Program-made: the position numbers and the translations under genes
Origin: Vitreimonas sp.
Lineage (GTDB): Bacteria > Patescibacteriota > Microgenomatia > UBA1400 > PJMF01
NCBI GenBank assembly: GCA_035627515.1
Contig: DASPLQ010000012.1
Coordinates: 455,269 to 519,268 of the forward strand
DNA length: 64,000 nucleotides
Reading direction: 5' to 3'
Shown: piece after piece, positions 1-8,775 of the stretch
Position numbering within the stretch: the first letter of the stretch is position 1
Layout of the letters: every line of letters starts with the position of its first letter
Notes under the pieces: model-generated
What the model saw: the letters and a program-made list of their open reading frames with translations, nothing else
Told to the model about the DNA's origin: nothing
Database searches by the model: none

Positions 1-59
1 TTAAGACACAAAAGAGAAGACCTCACAGAACTTTTTTTAACCTACACCGGAGAATTATC

Positions 60-2600
60 TTACAGTGGTCGTGACTTGCGCTCAATGTCAGTCCAAGTAG
101 GGTCGCCAGGACAGCGCCAGAATGAATCCTCATCCCAAGCTTCGACGGCGTATTTGCAGTAACTGACTTGGGTAGTTTTGCCATCGATTTGAAGATTCCC
201 GCCTTTGAGCAATTGAGTTTTGACTTTAGATGCATCGTATTTTTCATTGCTGCAGGGGTTTTTAGCGCTGTTGTAGTAGCCAGCAGCCCGATAGGCCTGT
301 TCATAGGTCCAGTTTTGAGACTCAGGAGCTTTGAGGCCGTTGGCATCAGCTTTACTGCGCAGCATCAGGGCTGCAAAGTGAATCGCGCCTTCGCTACCAC
401 CCTTATCTTTGCCATCGAAGGAACACAAGTTGCGTTCAGCATACGTGGCTGGTCCGCGGCCATGACAGACAGGGACGTTGATCTGCATCGGTCCTACGTC
501 ACCGGTGGAACTGATTTGACAGGAGACTTGTTCGCCAGGTGTAAAGGTTTTTGCTCCGCTATTCAAATAATAATCGTTGGCGTCGCCGCCTTCGATCGAG
601 AATAAACCGCGCAACACGAAGCCGGGCACACGATACTGCCGCGCCGCGCTACAAAAAGTATCTCGCAGTTTTTCTTTAGGTAATAACGTCACTTTCTGAG
701 GGCGATAGAGGGCTTCGCATGATTTGGGAGCGGTGCCGGGCAAGCTATTGCCTTCAGCGGGATCGGTGGTCAACTCTTCATTATCCTCGGCACTACTAGC
801 GGCACATTGGCGTAAGATAAAGGCTTCGTTGCGATTATCTGCGGTCTCTTCGCATTCGCGCAGGACAGCGTTCTGGTCACCGGCAGTCACCGCTTGCTGA
901 GTGGGATAAAAGCTCAAGCCTAAAGGATAACCTACAGTTAAGTCATCGACGTTGGCTTGAGCACCAGGCTCTTCGTAACAGGCATCGGGGTTTTCGGGGT
1001 TGTCGACACAATTGGGTTTGCGGACTTTACCGGCTTTGCCACCACCTCCTTCGAAGTTAATAGGTTGGTTTTGAGTAGAACGGATGCCTTCGCTAATCCG
1101 ATCTTGGTGTTCTTCAGAGTTGGAGATGGAGCTGGCTAAGACGCTTTCCATCGCTTCACGAACTTTGGCGGCATCACCATATTTAGGATCGATATTACTG
1201 AACATGATCAGAGTGACGGTAGGTTGCTCGGCAGGCTTGGTATTTTTACCGAGTACCACGCTACTCAGGAACGACAAACCTTCCCCAACTTTACTAAAGA
1301 TGCTGGAGGCTTTTTCTTTGACACTGGTATTAATATCAAGTTGGCCGCCTAACACTCTGTAGATCGTGCTTTTACCTTCCACGCTGCCCACTTCAGCTAC
1401 TTCTTTGACTTCTTCGTACTCGACGTTTTTGTCGGGTTGGCATTGCTCAGGGTTGATAGTATCCACGGTCATCCATGCCAGTGCTTCCTCAAGTGGCTCA
1501 CAATCCTCAGCATTACAATGCACAATGGGAGAAGCAAGACGGTTTTCTTCTTTTTGTTTCTGAAGTTCGACCTTGAGATCGTCCTGGAGACGGGCAGGCA
1601 ATAAGCTGTTGGCACTTTGACCCATACCAGTCTGGAAAAAGCCATCACCTTGGGCGTCTTGATTACTAATTGTCCCAGCAGGCATTTTGAGAGGCACAAT
1701 TTCCCAACTATCTTGTTGATTACCAGCCAGAGTACTTTTGAGCTTGAAGCGGAGTTTGCTCAGGGCGCCACCAGTTTGATCAGGGTCATCGACGACGTCA
1801 ATTTTGATACCTAACCAAGCTGGATAATACATCCGGTCAAAGTACTGCTTTTGTTCATACATCAGAATATTGCGGAGGGTAAAGAAGTCTCCAGGGAGTT
1901 GAGTTTGATCTTCCAGTTCAGATAACGGCTTAGCATAGTCTTTACAAGTAAAGCTGAGGACGTGGTAGCGTTCGAGAGCTTTAGTGGGCCACCAATCTTT
2001 GACGTTGGGGTAATCGGCATCCAAAGCACAGTCCTTAGGATTAACTAAACGATCACAATGATACTTGGTCATTTCTAAAAGATGCAGCGATTGTTTACAT
2101 TGAAACTCGGCATCGGTTTGGCGGAAAAAAGAGGGTGCAGCCACTAAGCCCTCAGGAGCAGATTTTAGCTCATCCTGGTCAGGATACTCGCTAGTGCGCA
2201 TATCGACGTCAGGTTTATCTTCACTTCGCCACAGCAGCGATTTGAGGCCTTCGGCGTTATCGAGCTTCAGCGATGAGTCAAAATCGACGCGCATATCAGC
2301 AGGAATAGCGTTTTTAATATCTTCGGAAATATTTTCGGTGTGAGTGACGACTTCGGAGCTGGCACAAAAAGCGGTGTAGCCTTTATCGCGCAGGTCACCA
2401 ATGATTTCATTGACTTGTTTACTATCAATGTTGAGATCTTGAAGATAATAATCATCAGGCCCGGGGGGAATACGAGGACTCTCAACTTGGGTTTCTTGAG
2501 CATACGCCACGGTGGAAGTGTTAAACCATATTATACCCAGCCCCATGACCACTAACAGCAGGGCAGTCCACAACACCGACCACAAACGATTTTTGCGCAC
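60..2600 (-). CDS. Large secreted/anchored protein (846 aa) with a C-terminal lytic transglycosylase (SLT-like, VirB1-like) domain. It is the last gene of the pilin operon.
   Basis: N-terminal signal anchor MRKNRLWSVLWTALLLVVMGLGIIWF. C-terminal region has SLT family-1-like motifs: catalytic-Glu context FSIEGG, about 30 aa, then GPMQINV (GLMQ-like), AAGYYNSAKNPC (AYNAG-like) and YCKYAVEAW. Same strand as the pilin array and immediately downstream of it. Confidence 0.5.
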   Translation of the reverse strand: MRKNRLWSVLWTALLLVVMGLGIIWFNTSTVAYAQETQVESPRIPPGPDDYYLQDLNIDSKQVNEIIGDLRDKGYTAFCASSEVVTHTENISEDIKNAIPADMRVDFDSSLKLDNAEGLKSLLWRSEDKPDVDMRTSEYPDQDELKSAPEGLVAAPSFFRQTDAEFQCKQSLHLLEMTKYHCDRLVNPKDCALDADYPNVKDWWPTKALERYHVLSFTCKDYAKPLSELEDQTQLPGDFFTLRNILMYEQKQYFDRMYYPAWLGIKIDVVDDPDQTGGALSKLRFKLKSTLAGNQQDSWEIVPLKMPAGTISNQDAQGDGFFQTGMGQSANSLLPARLQDDLKVELQKQKEENRLASPIVHCNAEDCEPLEEALAWMTVDTINPEQCQPDKNVEYEEVKEVAEVGSVEGKSTIYRVLGGQLDINTSVKEKASSIFSKVGEGLSFLSSVVLGKNTKPAEQPTVTLIMFSNIDPKYGDAAKVREAMESVLASSISNSEEHQDRISEGIRSTQNQPINFEGGGGKAGKVRKPNCVDNPENPDACYEEPGAQANVDDLTVGYPLGLSFYPTQQAVTAGDQNAVLRECEETADNRNEAFILRQCAASSAEDNEELTTDPAEGNSLPGTAPKSCEALYRPQKVTLLPKEKLRDTFCSAARQYRVPGFVLRGLFSIEGGDANDYYLNSGAKTFTPGEQVSCQISSTGDVGPMQINVPVCHGRGPATYAERNLCSFDGKDKGGSEGAIHFAALMLRSKADANGLKAPESQNWTYEQAYRAAGYYNSAKNPCSNEKYDASKVKTQLLKGGNLQIDGKTTQVSYCKYAVEAWDEDSFWRCPGDPTWTDIERKSRPL

Positions 2601-2629
2601 AGTACTATTATACCTGGAAGAGCAAGTGG

Positions 2630-3040
2630 TTATATGGTTAACTTGAACATCGTAAGACTGGGGATGCCAGTGAAGGCGGCAATCAAGTTTAAGATGATGA
2701 AAGCGCTCAGGGCAACGACTAAGCCCACAACCGCGAAGGTGATGGTATTGCGCGCTGCATCAGCGCCTTTTGGATCACTGCCTGAAAGCATGTAGCGAAA
2801 ACCACCAATAATAATCATCACAAAGCCTGCTAACCCAATCAGAGTCAGAGCAATGGACAAAATGTTAGCAATTAAACATTGCAGACCGAGAAAGGTGGCA
2901 ACATCACCCGCCCCAGGAGTGGCGGTGCGATCGGCAATACAGACGCCTGACCAAGCCTTAGTTTGGGCGGCGACAGGTAAAGGGAACATTAATGAGGCGA
3001 CAGTTAGAAGGGGGAGGAAAAAACTCAATTTTTTTAGCAT
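2630..3040 (-). CDS. T4SS-type pilin (TrbC/VirB2-like CPR pilin family), paralog 1. The ORF track extends to 3082, but the internal Met gives a canonical signal peptide.
   Basis: Signal peptide MLKKLSFFLPLLTVASLMFPLPVAAQ, two hydrophobic helices and the conserved core GGFRYMLSGSDPKGADAARNTITFAVVGLVVAL. Confidence 0.6.
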   Translation of the reverse strand: MLKKLSFFLPLLTVASLMFPLPVAAQTKAWSGVCIADRTATPGAGDVATFLGLQCLIANILSIALTLIGLAGFVMIIIGGFRYMLSGSDPKGADAARNTITFAVVGLVVALSAFIILNLIAAFTGIPSLTMFKLTI

Positions 3041-3059
3041 GCACGGTCGATTATACTGC

Positions 3060-3521
3060 TTAGCCTCTGATAGTTCGAGCACTGTCTAAGACATCATTTA
3101 AGTTATTGAATCCTAAAAATCTCACAATCAAGTTGAGGATCGCGTATGACGCTGCCACGATGATCAAGCCAATGACGGCGGCTGTCATTTTACTGCGGGC
3201 TTTTTCAGTGGCACCCTTGTCACCACCAGACATAATCCAGTCAAAAGCGGCTGAGATTAAATAGAAAAAGACCAGTAAAGCCGAGATTACCATCACTAAA
3301 CTCAGGACGGAGTTGAGCCAGCTGCCAAAATCGACGGCAAAACCTCTGGGTAACTCGATGTCACGTGTGCCTAAGTGAAGATTGCCGCGCTGGTTGGTGG
3401 TAGCAGCTGAATTACTAGCTTCACCTGCAGTCGTTTCGGTCGTAAGGTACAAAGCGGCGCCATCTTTTTTAGTGATGACTTGGCCGGGTTGGTTAATTTT
3501 AGTAGTAGTGAGTCCTGACAT
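3060..3521 (-). CDS. T4SS-type pilin-like protein, paralog 2.
   Basis: Core WIMSGGDKGATEKARSKMTAAVIGLIIVAASYAIL with two TM helices. Close paralog of 4146-4553 at both protein and DNA level. Confidence 0.6.
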   Translation of the reverse strand: MSGLTTTKINQPGQVITKKDGAALYLTTETTAGEASNSAATTNQRGNLHLGTRDIELPRGFAVDFGSWLNSVLSLVMVISALLVFFYLISAAFDWIMSGGDKGATEKARSKMTAAVIGLIIVAASYAILNLIVRFLGFNNLNDVLDSARTIRG

Positions 3522-3857
3522 GATAGTGTTTTCTTGATAACGCTTTAATGCGCTTTTGAAACATATTATACCAGATCAGAGAAGATCAAATTTTTTGAAT
3601 AGGGCGGAGAGTCATAAAGTTAAATTTTTCGGCAATTTACTCAAGAATCAAGGAAGTTGATCTTCATTGAGAGTGTGATTGAAATTCTCACTCAAGTCGC
3701 GTTACAAAATGTACATGTCTCAGGTTCAAATTTACATAGATGTTCAATGAAGGATGGTCAATTCTCTGTTATTCCTGAAAGTGAAGATTAATTTAATTTT
3801 CTTACATTTATGCAAGCTTAACGCAAGAATTGTCCGATATATTCAGAAGTTAGAGAT

Positions 3858-4076
3858 ATGCAAATTAACCACCACCCCCAAGATAAACGAATTGTTGCCA
3901 GCATTACTGAGTTAAGAGAAAACTTATTTGAGCTGGTACTGCGTGTGCATTATGAGGAAAGAATTGTGCTTATTAAACGTCATGGCAAAGTTATTGCCAT
4001 GCTGCGCTCATACAATGTTAATCCTTATCGACCGAGAATCCCACCTTGGTTTATTCATAAATACGGTTGGAAGTAG
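3858..4076 (+). CDS. Small protein with weak Phd/YefM-antitoxin-like features, sitting alone in a gap of the pilin array.
   Basis: 72 aa. SITELRENLFELVLRV...IVLIKRHGKVIAML resembles the Phd/YefM N-terminal fold. No partner toxin ORF seen downstream. Confidence 0.25.
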   Translation: MQINHHPQDKRIVASITELRENLFELVLRVHYEERIVLIKRHGKVIAMLRSYNVNPYRPRIPPWFIHKYGWK

Positions 4077-4086
4077 CCACACAACT

Positions 4087-4120
4087 AAAAACCCCGCCCG
4101 GTGCTAAGCACAAGGCGGGG
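4087..4120 (-). terminator. Intrinsic terminator for the minus-strand pilin gene 4146-4553. It lies between convergent genes.
   Basis: Perfect 7-bp GC stem CCCCGCC/GGCGGGG (4092-4098 and 4114-4120) with a 15-nt loop. On the minus strand it is followed by a T5 run (complement of A 4087-4091). Confidence 0.6.
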
Positions 4121-4145
4121 TATAGATTCACACTAAACTAATACA

Positions 4146-4553
4146 TTAGTTATTGTTAATAGTCTTAGGACTGTTCAAAACGTCGTTGAGGTCAGTGAAG
4201 CCTAAGAAGCGCAACACCAAAGTCAAGATAGCGTAGGAAGCAGCCAAAATGATTAAACCGATGACAGCAGCCGTAATTTTACTGCGAGCTTTTTCGGTTT
4301 GGCCTTTGTCACCACCTGAAGTGATCCATTCGATACCACCCCAGATTAAGTACATGAATACTAACAATGCTGCGATCACCATCACGAAACTCAAGACGGC
4401 GTTAAGCAACGTACCGAAGTCGGTAGCGAAACCGCGTCCGGGATCGACGTTGGTAGTAGCCAAGTCCAAAGCGAAAACAGTTCCAGCAGTCATGGCTAAA
4501 GCACTGACGCTAGCGGGAACAGAGAGGGCTAATTTTTGTAAAGTTTTTTTCAT
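4146..4553 (-). CDS. T4SS-type pilin-like protein, paralog 3. Start moved to the internal Met MKKTLQKL; the ORF track gives 4592.
   Basis: Signal peptide MKKTLQKLALSVPASVSALAMTAG. Core WITSGGDKGQTEKARSKITAAVIGLIILAASYAIL. Confidence 0.6.
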   Translation of the reverse strand: MKKTLQKLALSVPASVSALAMTAGTVFALDLATTNVDPGRGFATDFGTLLNAVLSFVMVIAALLVFMYLIWGGIEWITSGGDKGQTEKARSKITAAVIGLIILAASYAILTLVLRFLGFTDLNDVLNSPKTINNN

Positions 4554-4597
4554 TTTACTATTTCTCCTTATGTAGCTGGTTATATTATACATAACAA

Positions 4598-5197
4598 TTA
4601 ACAGGAATTAAAGTCATAGCCTGGTTTTTGTTTGGCAGCGCCACCAATACAATAACAAGGGTCATAGTGATTATATGATAAATGCTTATCAGCTTTGTTG
4701 CAGCGAACCATGGCTGCGCCATCGGTGCAGTAGCCACCCGCTCCACCATCGTTAGACATCTGCCCAACCGTGCAACCACCGCCACCACCAGTCCCACCGC
4801 TGCCTCCGGTTCCGCCGGTGCCAGTTGTAGCTGGAGCTACGATAGCTGCTGGGGTAGAAGACCCTCCCACACCAGCGCCAAAGTTAACAACATTAATGCC
4901 TAAGAAATTTTGTAATACTACAAACAGTGCGATGGTAGAGGCTAAAACGATGATGCCAATGATCGCGCCCGTGATTTTATTACGAGCTTTTTCAATTTGA
5001 CCTTTGTCGCCGCCGGCTGTGATCCAGGTGATCGCACCCCAGACTAAATAGAGGAGGACTAACAGGGCTGCCACCACCATCACGCCACTCAGGACACTGC
5101 CCAGAAAGGCTCCGAAACCGTCACCAGCTTTGGTAACACTGCCATCAACGCCCGGAAGAGCGCCTTGGCCTGCTTGGTAAAAATTGAGTTCATTCAT
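4598..5197 (-). CDS. T4SS-type pilin-like protein, paralog 4, with a Gly-rich and Cys-rich C-terminal extension.
   Basis: Core WITAGGDKGQIEKARNKITGAIIGIIVLAST, followed by a (GGT/GGS)n tract and a Cys-rich tail (CTVGQ...CTDG...CNKADKH...CYCIGG...NSC). Confidence 0.55.
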   Translation of the reverse strand: MNELNFYQAGQGALPGVDGSVTKAGDGFGAFLGSVLSGVMVVAALLVLLYLVWGAITWITAGGDKGQIEKARNKITGAIIGIIVLASTIALFVVLQNFLGINVVNFGAGVGGSSTPAAIVAPATTGTGGTGGSGGTGGGGGCTVGQMSNDGGAGGYCTDGAAMVRCNKADKHLSYNHYDPCYCIGGAAKQKPGYDFNSC

Positions 5198-5212
5198 AAT
5201 TACTATCTTATG

Positions 5213-5623
5213 TTAAATAGTTGGAATAGTTAATCGCAAGATATCGAAATTATTGCCAAAGAACGCCCGACTGATGAAGCCGATGATGAAAAACGATCCT
5301 ACCAATAACACCATACCAATGATGGCATTAGTGATTTTATCGCGGGCTTTTTGAATTTTGCCGCTATCACCACCAGCGTAAATCCACTCTAAACCACCCC
5401 AGAGGAAGTAAATAATCACAGCCAGGGCTCCGACCGCAATCAAACCGCGCCAAATGACGATGAAGTAGCTCATAAAAGTAGCGCCACTTTCAGCTTGAGC
5501 GGGGTTATTCCCTAATTGGCCGGTGACAGGATTTTTGATGCCTTCGAAAGCAGCTTGAACCAGAGAACTGGAACTCATAAATGACAAGATGGCGAGCAGT
5601 GGAGCTAAAAGATGTTTTTTCAT
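5213..5623 (-). CDS. T4SS-type pilin-like protein, paralog 5.
   Basis: Signal peptide MKKHLLAPLLAILSFMSSSSLVQA. Core WIYAGGDSGKIQKARDKITNAIIGMVLLVGSF. Confidence 0.6.
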   Translation of the reverse strand: MKKHLLAPLLAILSFMSSSSLVQAAFEGIKNPVTGQLGNNPAQAESGATFMSYFIVIWRGLIAVGALAVIIYFLWGGLEWIYAGGDSGKIQKARDKITNAIIGMVLLVGSFFIIGFISRAFFGNNFDILRLTIPTI

Positions 5624-5625
5624 GG

Positions 5626-6018
5626 TTAACGATTATTAATGATATCTAGTAATGATTGTCCTGGTGACAAGACATCAATGCCGACGATGCGGCCAATTAA
5701 GCCCATCACACCATAAGCAGCCACAATGATAATTAAGCCCATCACACCTTGAATCATTTGATCGCGAGCTTTACCCACCTTACCACTGTCTCCGCCAGCA
5801 GCAGTCCATTTGAAAGCACCCATCACAAAGTAAACGATGAAAAACAAGGCTGCTAACACAGTCAAAAAGCCTAAAATTTGTGACACAAATAACTCGAGGT
5901 TTTTCAACGCGGTTTCGCGACCGACAGCTGAGTCACCAAATTTAGTGATGTTGAAGTTATCAGCGGCAGGAGTAATGCCTTTTCCAAAGTCAGCAGTTTT
6001 GGCAAGTAACGTTAACAT
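5626..6018 (-). CDS. T4SS-type pilin-like protein, paralog 6.
   Basis: Core FKWTAAGGDSGKVGKARDQMIQGVMGLIIIVAAYGV with two TM helices. Confidence 0.6.
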   Translation of the reverse strand: MLTLLAKTADFGKGITPAADNFNITKFGDSAVGRETALKNLELFVSQILGFLTVLAALFFIVYFVMGAFKWTAAGGDSGKVGKARDQMIQGVMGLIIIVAAYGVMGLIGRIVGIDVLSPGQSLLDIINNR

Positions 6019-6019
6019 A

Positions 6020-6394
6020 TTACGGTCCTTTAATAATCGGATTCAAGATAAAGCCAGCATCATCGAACACAATCAAGCCAATTAAGGCCGCCACGGTGTA
6101 CGAAGTGACAATTAAAATTAAACCAATCACGCTCATGGTGAGACGCTCACGAACTTTGTTGTGAGCACTGGCATCACCGCTCGCAGTAATGTACTCGTAA
6201 CCAGCTAAGATAAATTGAAACATCACCCAGATACCTGCGATGACGGTGGCAACGCGAATAAGGGTGGACATAAAGGCTAAAATACCGATTTGATTACCGC
6301 CTGTGCCACTATAGAGTTGGACACCGGGTGGTGGGGAAACTTTACCAAAGACATTAGCAGGAGGAGCGGCGAGGAAAAAAGAAAAGAGCGACAT
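6020..6394 (-). CDS. T4SS-type pilin-like protein, paralog 7. Start moved to the internal Met MSLFSFF; the ORF track gives 6475, which overlaps the upstream gene.
   Basis: Signal-like N-terminus MSLFSFFLAAPPANVFG. Core YEYITASGDASAHNKVRERLTMSVIGLILIVTSY. Confidence 0.5.
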   Translation of the reverse strand: MSLFSFFLAAPPANVFGKVSPPPGVQLYSGTGGNQIGILAFMSTLIRVATVIAGIWVMFQFILAGYEYITASGDASAHNKVRERLTMSVIGLILIVTSYTVAALIGLIVFDDAGFILNPIIKGP

Positions 6395-6423
6395 GATGTG
6401 AATTATACCATTTTTTATGATGG

Positions 6424-6783
6424 CTAGAACATAATCTCTTGGCCAATGACAATTTCTACCACCTGAACTATCCAATAGGCAATAAACATGATGATATAAC
6501 CAGCCGCGGCGGTAGTGATAATGGATTTGGCTTCATCCTTACCTTTACTACCACTTTGAATAAACTTAAAGCCAGCATAAATAATCAACAAAAAGAGAAT
6601 AATGCCAGCTAACACAAACAAGTTGCTGACCAAAATATTGATGAGTTGAGTGGGTTGAGCGTAAACGCTTTTAACTGTGGCTTTGCCTGGACCAAGTGTC
6701 AAACAATTGCCCAGATCAATTCCCGAGACACCGGGGTCACACCCAGGGGCAGCAGCTAATAAACTTAACGTAGACAACAGCAT
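6424..6783 (-). CDS. T4SS-type pilin-like protein, paralog 8. It is the first gene of the array.
   Basis: Signal peptide MLLSTLSLLAAAPGC. Core FKFIQSGSKGKDEAKSIITTAAAGYIIMFIAYWIVQVVEIV. The C-terminus resembles the orphan pilin at 16159-16599. Confidence 0.55.
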   Translation of the reverse strand: MLLSTLSLLAAAPGCDPGVSGIDLGNCLTLGPGKATVKSVYAQPTQLINILVSNLFVLAGIILFLLIIYAGFKFIQSGSKGKDEAKSIITTAAAGYIIMFIAYWIVQVVEIVIGQEIMF

Positions 6784-6832
6784 ATGTGTGATATTATAAG
6801 TCTTAACTGCTTATTTACCAAACAGGAAACGC

Positions 6833-7387
6833 ATGACTGCTCAGTTGGATACAGATAAGATATTGCTCTCTCGATTAAAAGCGGGTGATCCAGCCGCTGT
6901 CCAAGAGTGGTTCCAAACCTATCACGCTAAGTTAGTCCGTTTTATAGCTGCTAAAGTTACCAATTCCACTGATGCCGAAGAATTAGCTCAAGAAACCTTC
7001 ATCAACTGCTTGAAACATTTACCGTTATTCCGAGGTGAGTCGCAAATTTGGACGTGGATGCAAAGTGTAGCCCGTCATGAAATTGCTGATTACTTCCGTA
7101 AAAAATACGCTAAAAAAGCGTTAAATGTTTTACCTCTCAGTGAGTTAATTGGCACTGAGCCGGTGGCTGATGCTCACGAACTAGCTGAAAAAGTCAAAGC
7201 CACTCTCAAAAAAATGACAGCCGAAGCCCAAGAATTATTGTGGCTGAAGTATGTCGATGGCAAGAAAGTTGCCGATATTGCTCTAGAGTTGGGGCGCAGC
7301 GTCAAAGCCGTGGAGTCAGATTTATTTAGAGCTCGTGTGGAGTTTAAGGCACTATATGCCGAAATCGATACTGCTGCCACCCGCTGA
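6833..7387 (+). CDS. ECF (sigma-70 family, sigma-24-like) RNA polymerase sigma factor, divergent from the pilin array.
   Basis: Region-2-like ETFINCLKHLPLFRGESQIWTWMQSVARHEIADYFRKK. Region-4 HTH LLWLKYVDGKKVADIALELGRSVKAVESDLFRARVEF. Confidence 0.75.
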   Translation: MTAQLDTDKILLSRLKAGDPAAVQEWFQTYHAKLVRFIAAKVTNSTDAEELAQETFINCLKHLPLFRGESQIWTWMQSVARHEIADYFRKKYAKKALNVLPLSELIGTEPVADAHELAEKVKATLKKMTAEAQELLWLKYVDGKKVADIALELGRSVKAVESDLFRARVEFKALYAEIDTAATR

Positions 7388-7553
7388 TTTTTTGGGTAAA
7401 CTGCAAGCTGAGGCTGCGCGGCAAGCTCGGCTGCATGAACATCGTTTTTTCCCCCCGCAACTGGATTTTTTAACCTCGTTTATTGGTCGATATCCCTGGC
7501 AAACGAGTGGAGCCTTAGCGTTGCTAACGGCTTTAGTATTGGAGTTGCTGTGA
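7356..7553 (+). CDS. Small hypothetical protein with a C-terminal hydrophobic segment, overlapping the sigma gene 3' end. Possible anti-sigma factor. Start uncertain.
   Basis: ORF in another frame overlapping the sigma stop. Single TM ALALLTALVLELL. Position immediately after an ECF sigma gene is typical for anti-sigma factors. No motif support. Confidence 0.2.
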   Translation: MPKSILLPPADFLGKLQAEAARQARLHEHRFFPPQLDFLTSFIGRYPWQTSGALALLTALVLELL

Positions 7554-7903
7554 CAAATCGATCTTTACTAAGCTGGAGCTTTTCACTGCTTTATTCCCTG
7601 GCACAAATTACACAGGGATTGTTATTGCACCCTTACCAAACGATGCAGTCTCTGGTTCAGGATAAAGTTTTTGTGTGGATGACACTATTGCCGGCAGTGG
7701 TGTTAGCAATGGTCACAGTTGGATGGCGGTTTGTGATCGTGCCGGTAGTACGATTGGTTTTTTCCTGCCAGGCCACTGGCTTTATTGGATGCGATTTTCT
7801 ACCCTTTATTTCGAATACCCTGACATTCTTCTGTATTTATTGGCAGGTGCTATTGATTTATTTGCTGTTTAGATTTGATTGGGTGTTTGAAAACGACACC
7901 TAA
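7550..7903 (+). CDS. Hypothetical polytopic membrane protein.
   Basis: 117 aa with 3-4 hydrophobic helices. Start overlaps the previous ORF by 4 nt. Confidence 0.35.
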   Translation: MTNRSLLSWSFSLLYSLAQITQGLLLHPYQTMQSLVQDKVFVWMTLLPAVVLAMVTVGWRFVIVPVVRLVFSCQATGFIGCDFLPFISNTLTFFCIYWQVLLIYLLFRFDWVFENDT

Positions 7904-7935
7904 AACCAGCGTGCTTGCCTATGGCCTTGTGACCA

Positions 7936-8337
7936 CTACGCAGCTTTGGGCACAGCGGCAGATGACGGTAAATGCTGTTTGATTTTGGCTAAAATATCTT
8001 CTAACGACATATCGCTTTTGACGATGTAATCAATAGCCCCGAGTTTTAAGCCCTTATCAATATCTTCACGTTGCCCTAAGTTCGAGGCGATAATGACAGG
8101 AATTTTTTTCCAGGTAGGATTACTACCAATATCAGTTAAGACTGAGAAGCCATCTTTAATCGGCATCATTAAATCTAATAAAATGACATCGGGTTGGCTA
8201 ACTTTGAGCGCCTCAATCGCTTCATTGCCATCGGCAGCTAATACTACTTCGTAACCGGCTTTAGCTAACTTTACGCGATAGGCATTGCCTAAAAACTTAT
8301 CATCCTCGGCTACTAAAATCTTAAACATATTTACCAC
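7936..8337 (-). CDS. Stand-alone response regulator receiver (CheY-like REC) protein.
   Basis: ILVAEDD...(phospho-acceptor context)...VILLDLMMPIKDGFSVL...IPVIIASN...DYIVKS. Confidence 0.8.
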   Translation of the reverse strand: MVNMFKILVAEDDKFLGNAYRVKLAKAGYEVVLAADGNEAIEALKVSQPDVILLDLMMPIKDGFSVLTDIGSNPTWKKIPVIIASNLGQREDIDKGLKLGAIDYIVKSDMSLEDILAKIKQHLPSSAAVPKAA

Positions 8338-8349
8338 CCTTTTATTTTA

Positions 8350-8775
8350 TTAATTACTAGTTGCTACAACTGGTTGTTCATCTGATTCTTCTGAAGTAAT
8401 GAAATCTTTAATAATCGCGATAATTTCATCTAACCGGTACTCAGCTTTAAGCAAATATTTTTTTGCACCTAAAGCTAACATGTTATGCACTTTTTCTGGA
8501 TTAGCTGAATTACTGACCACAACTACCGGAATCTCACTCCAACGAGGGTCTTTTTTAAGCTCTTGCATAAAGGAAAGGCCATTCATATCTTTAAGATAAT
8601 AGTCTAGCCAGACAGCGTCAGGTAATTCATCAACATTACTCAGGTAGTCCACTGCTTGTTGGCCACTGGAACAAGATAAAACATCAATTCCCGTCAACTT
8701 GAGTTTTTTAGTGATAGCTTGTAGAAGTAAAACCTCATCTTCAACCACCATCACTGTAGGAAATTTTTTACTCAT
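8350..8775 (-). CDS. Stand-alone response regulator receiver (REC) protein.
   Basis: VMVVEDE...AVWLDYYLKDMNGLSFMQELK...IPVVVVSN...KYLLK. Confidence 0.75.
   Translation of the reverse strand: MSKKFPTVMVVEDEVLLLQAITKKLKLTGIDVLSCSSGQQAVDYLSNVDELPDAVWLDYYLKDMNGLSFMQELKKDPRWSEIPVVVVSNSANPEKVHNMLALGAKKYLLKAEYRLDEIIAIIKDFITSEESDEQPVVATSN

Noticed and set aside
168-2555. Plus-strand ORFs (168-605, 957-1139, 1084-1362, 1366-1563, 1617-1814, 2340-2555) overlapping the 846-aa minus-strand gene, and the minus-strand ORF 23-346.
   Set aside because: All are nested within or overlap the long, coherent 60-2600 ORF and have no motifs. Treated as spurious.
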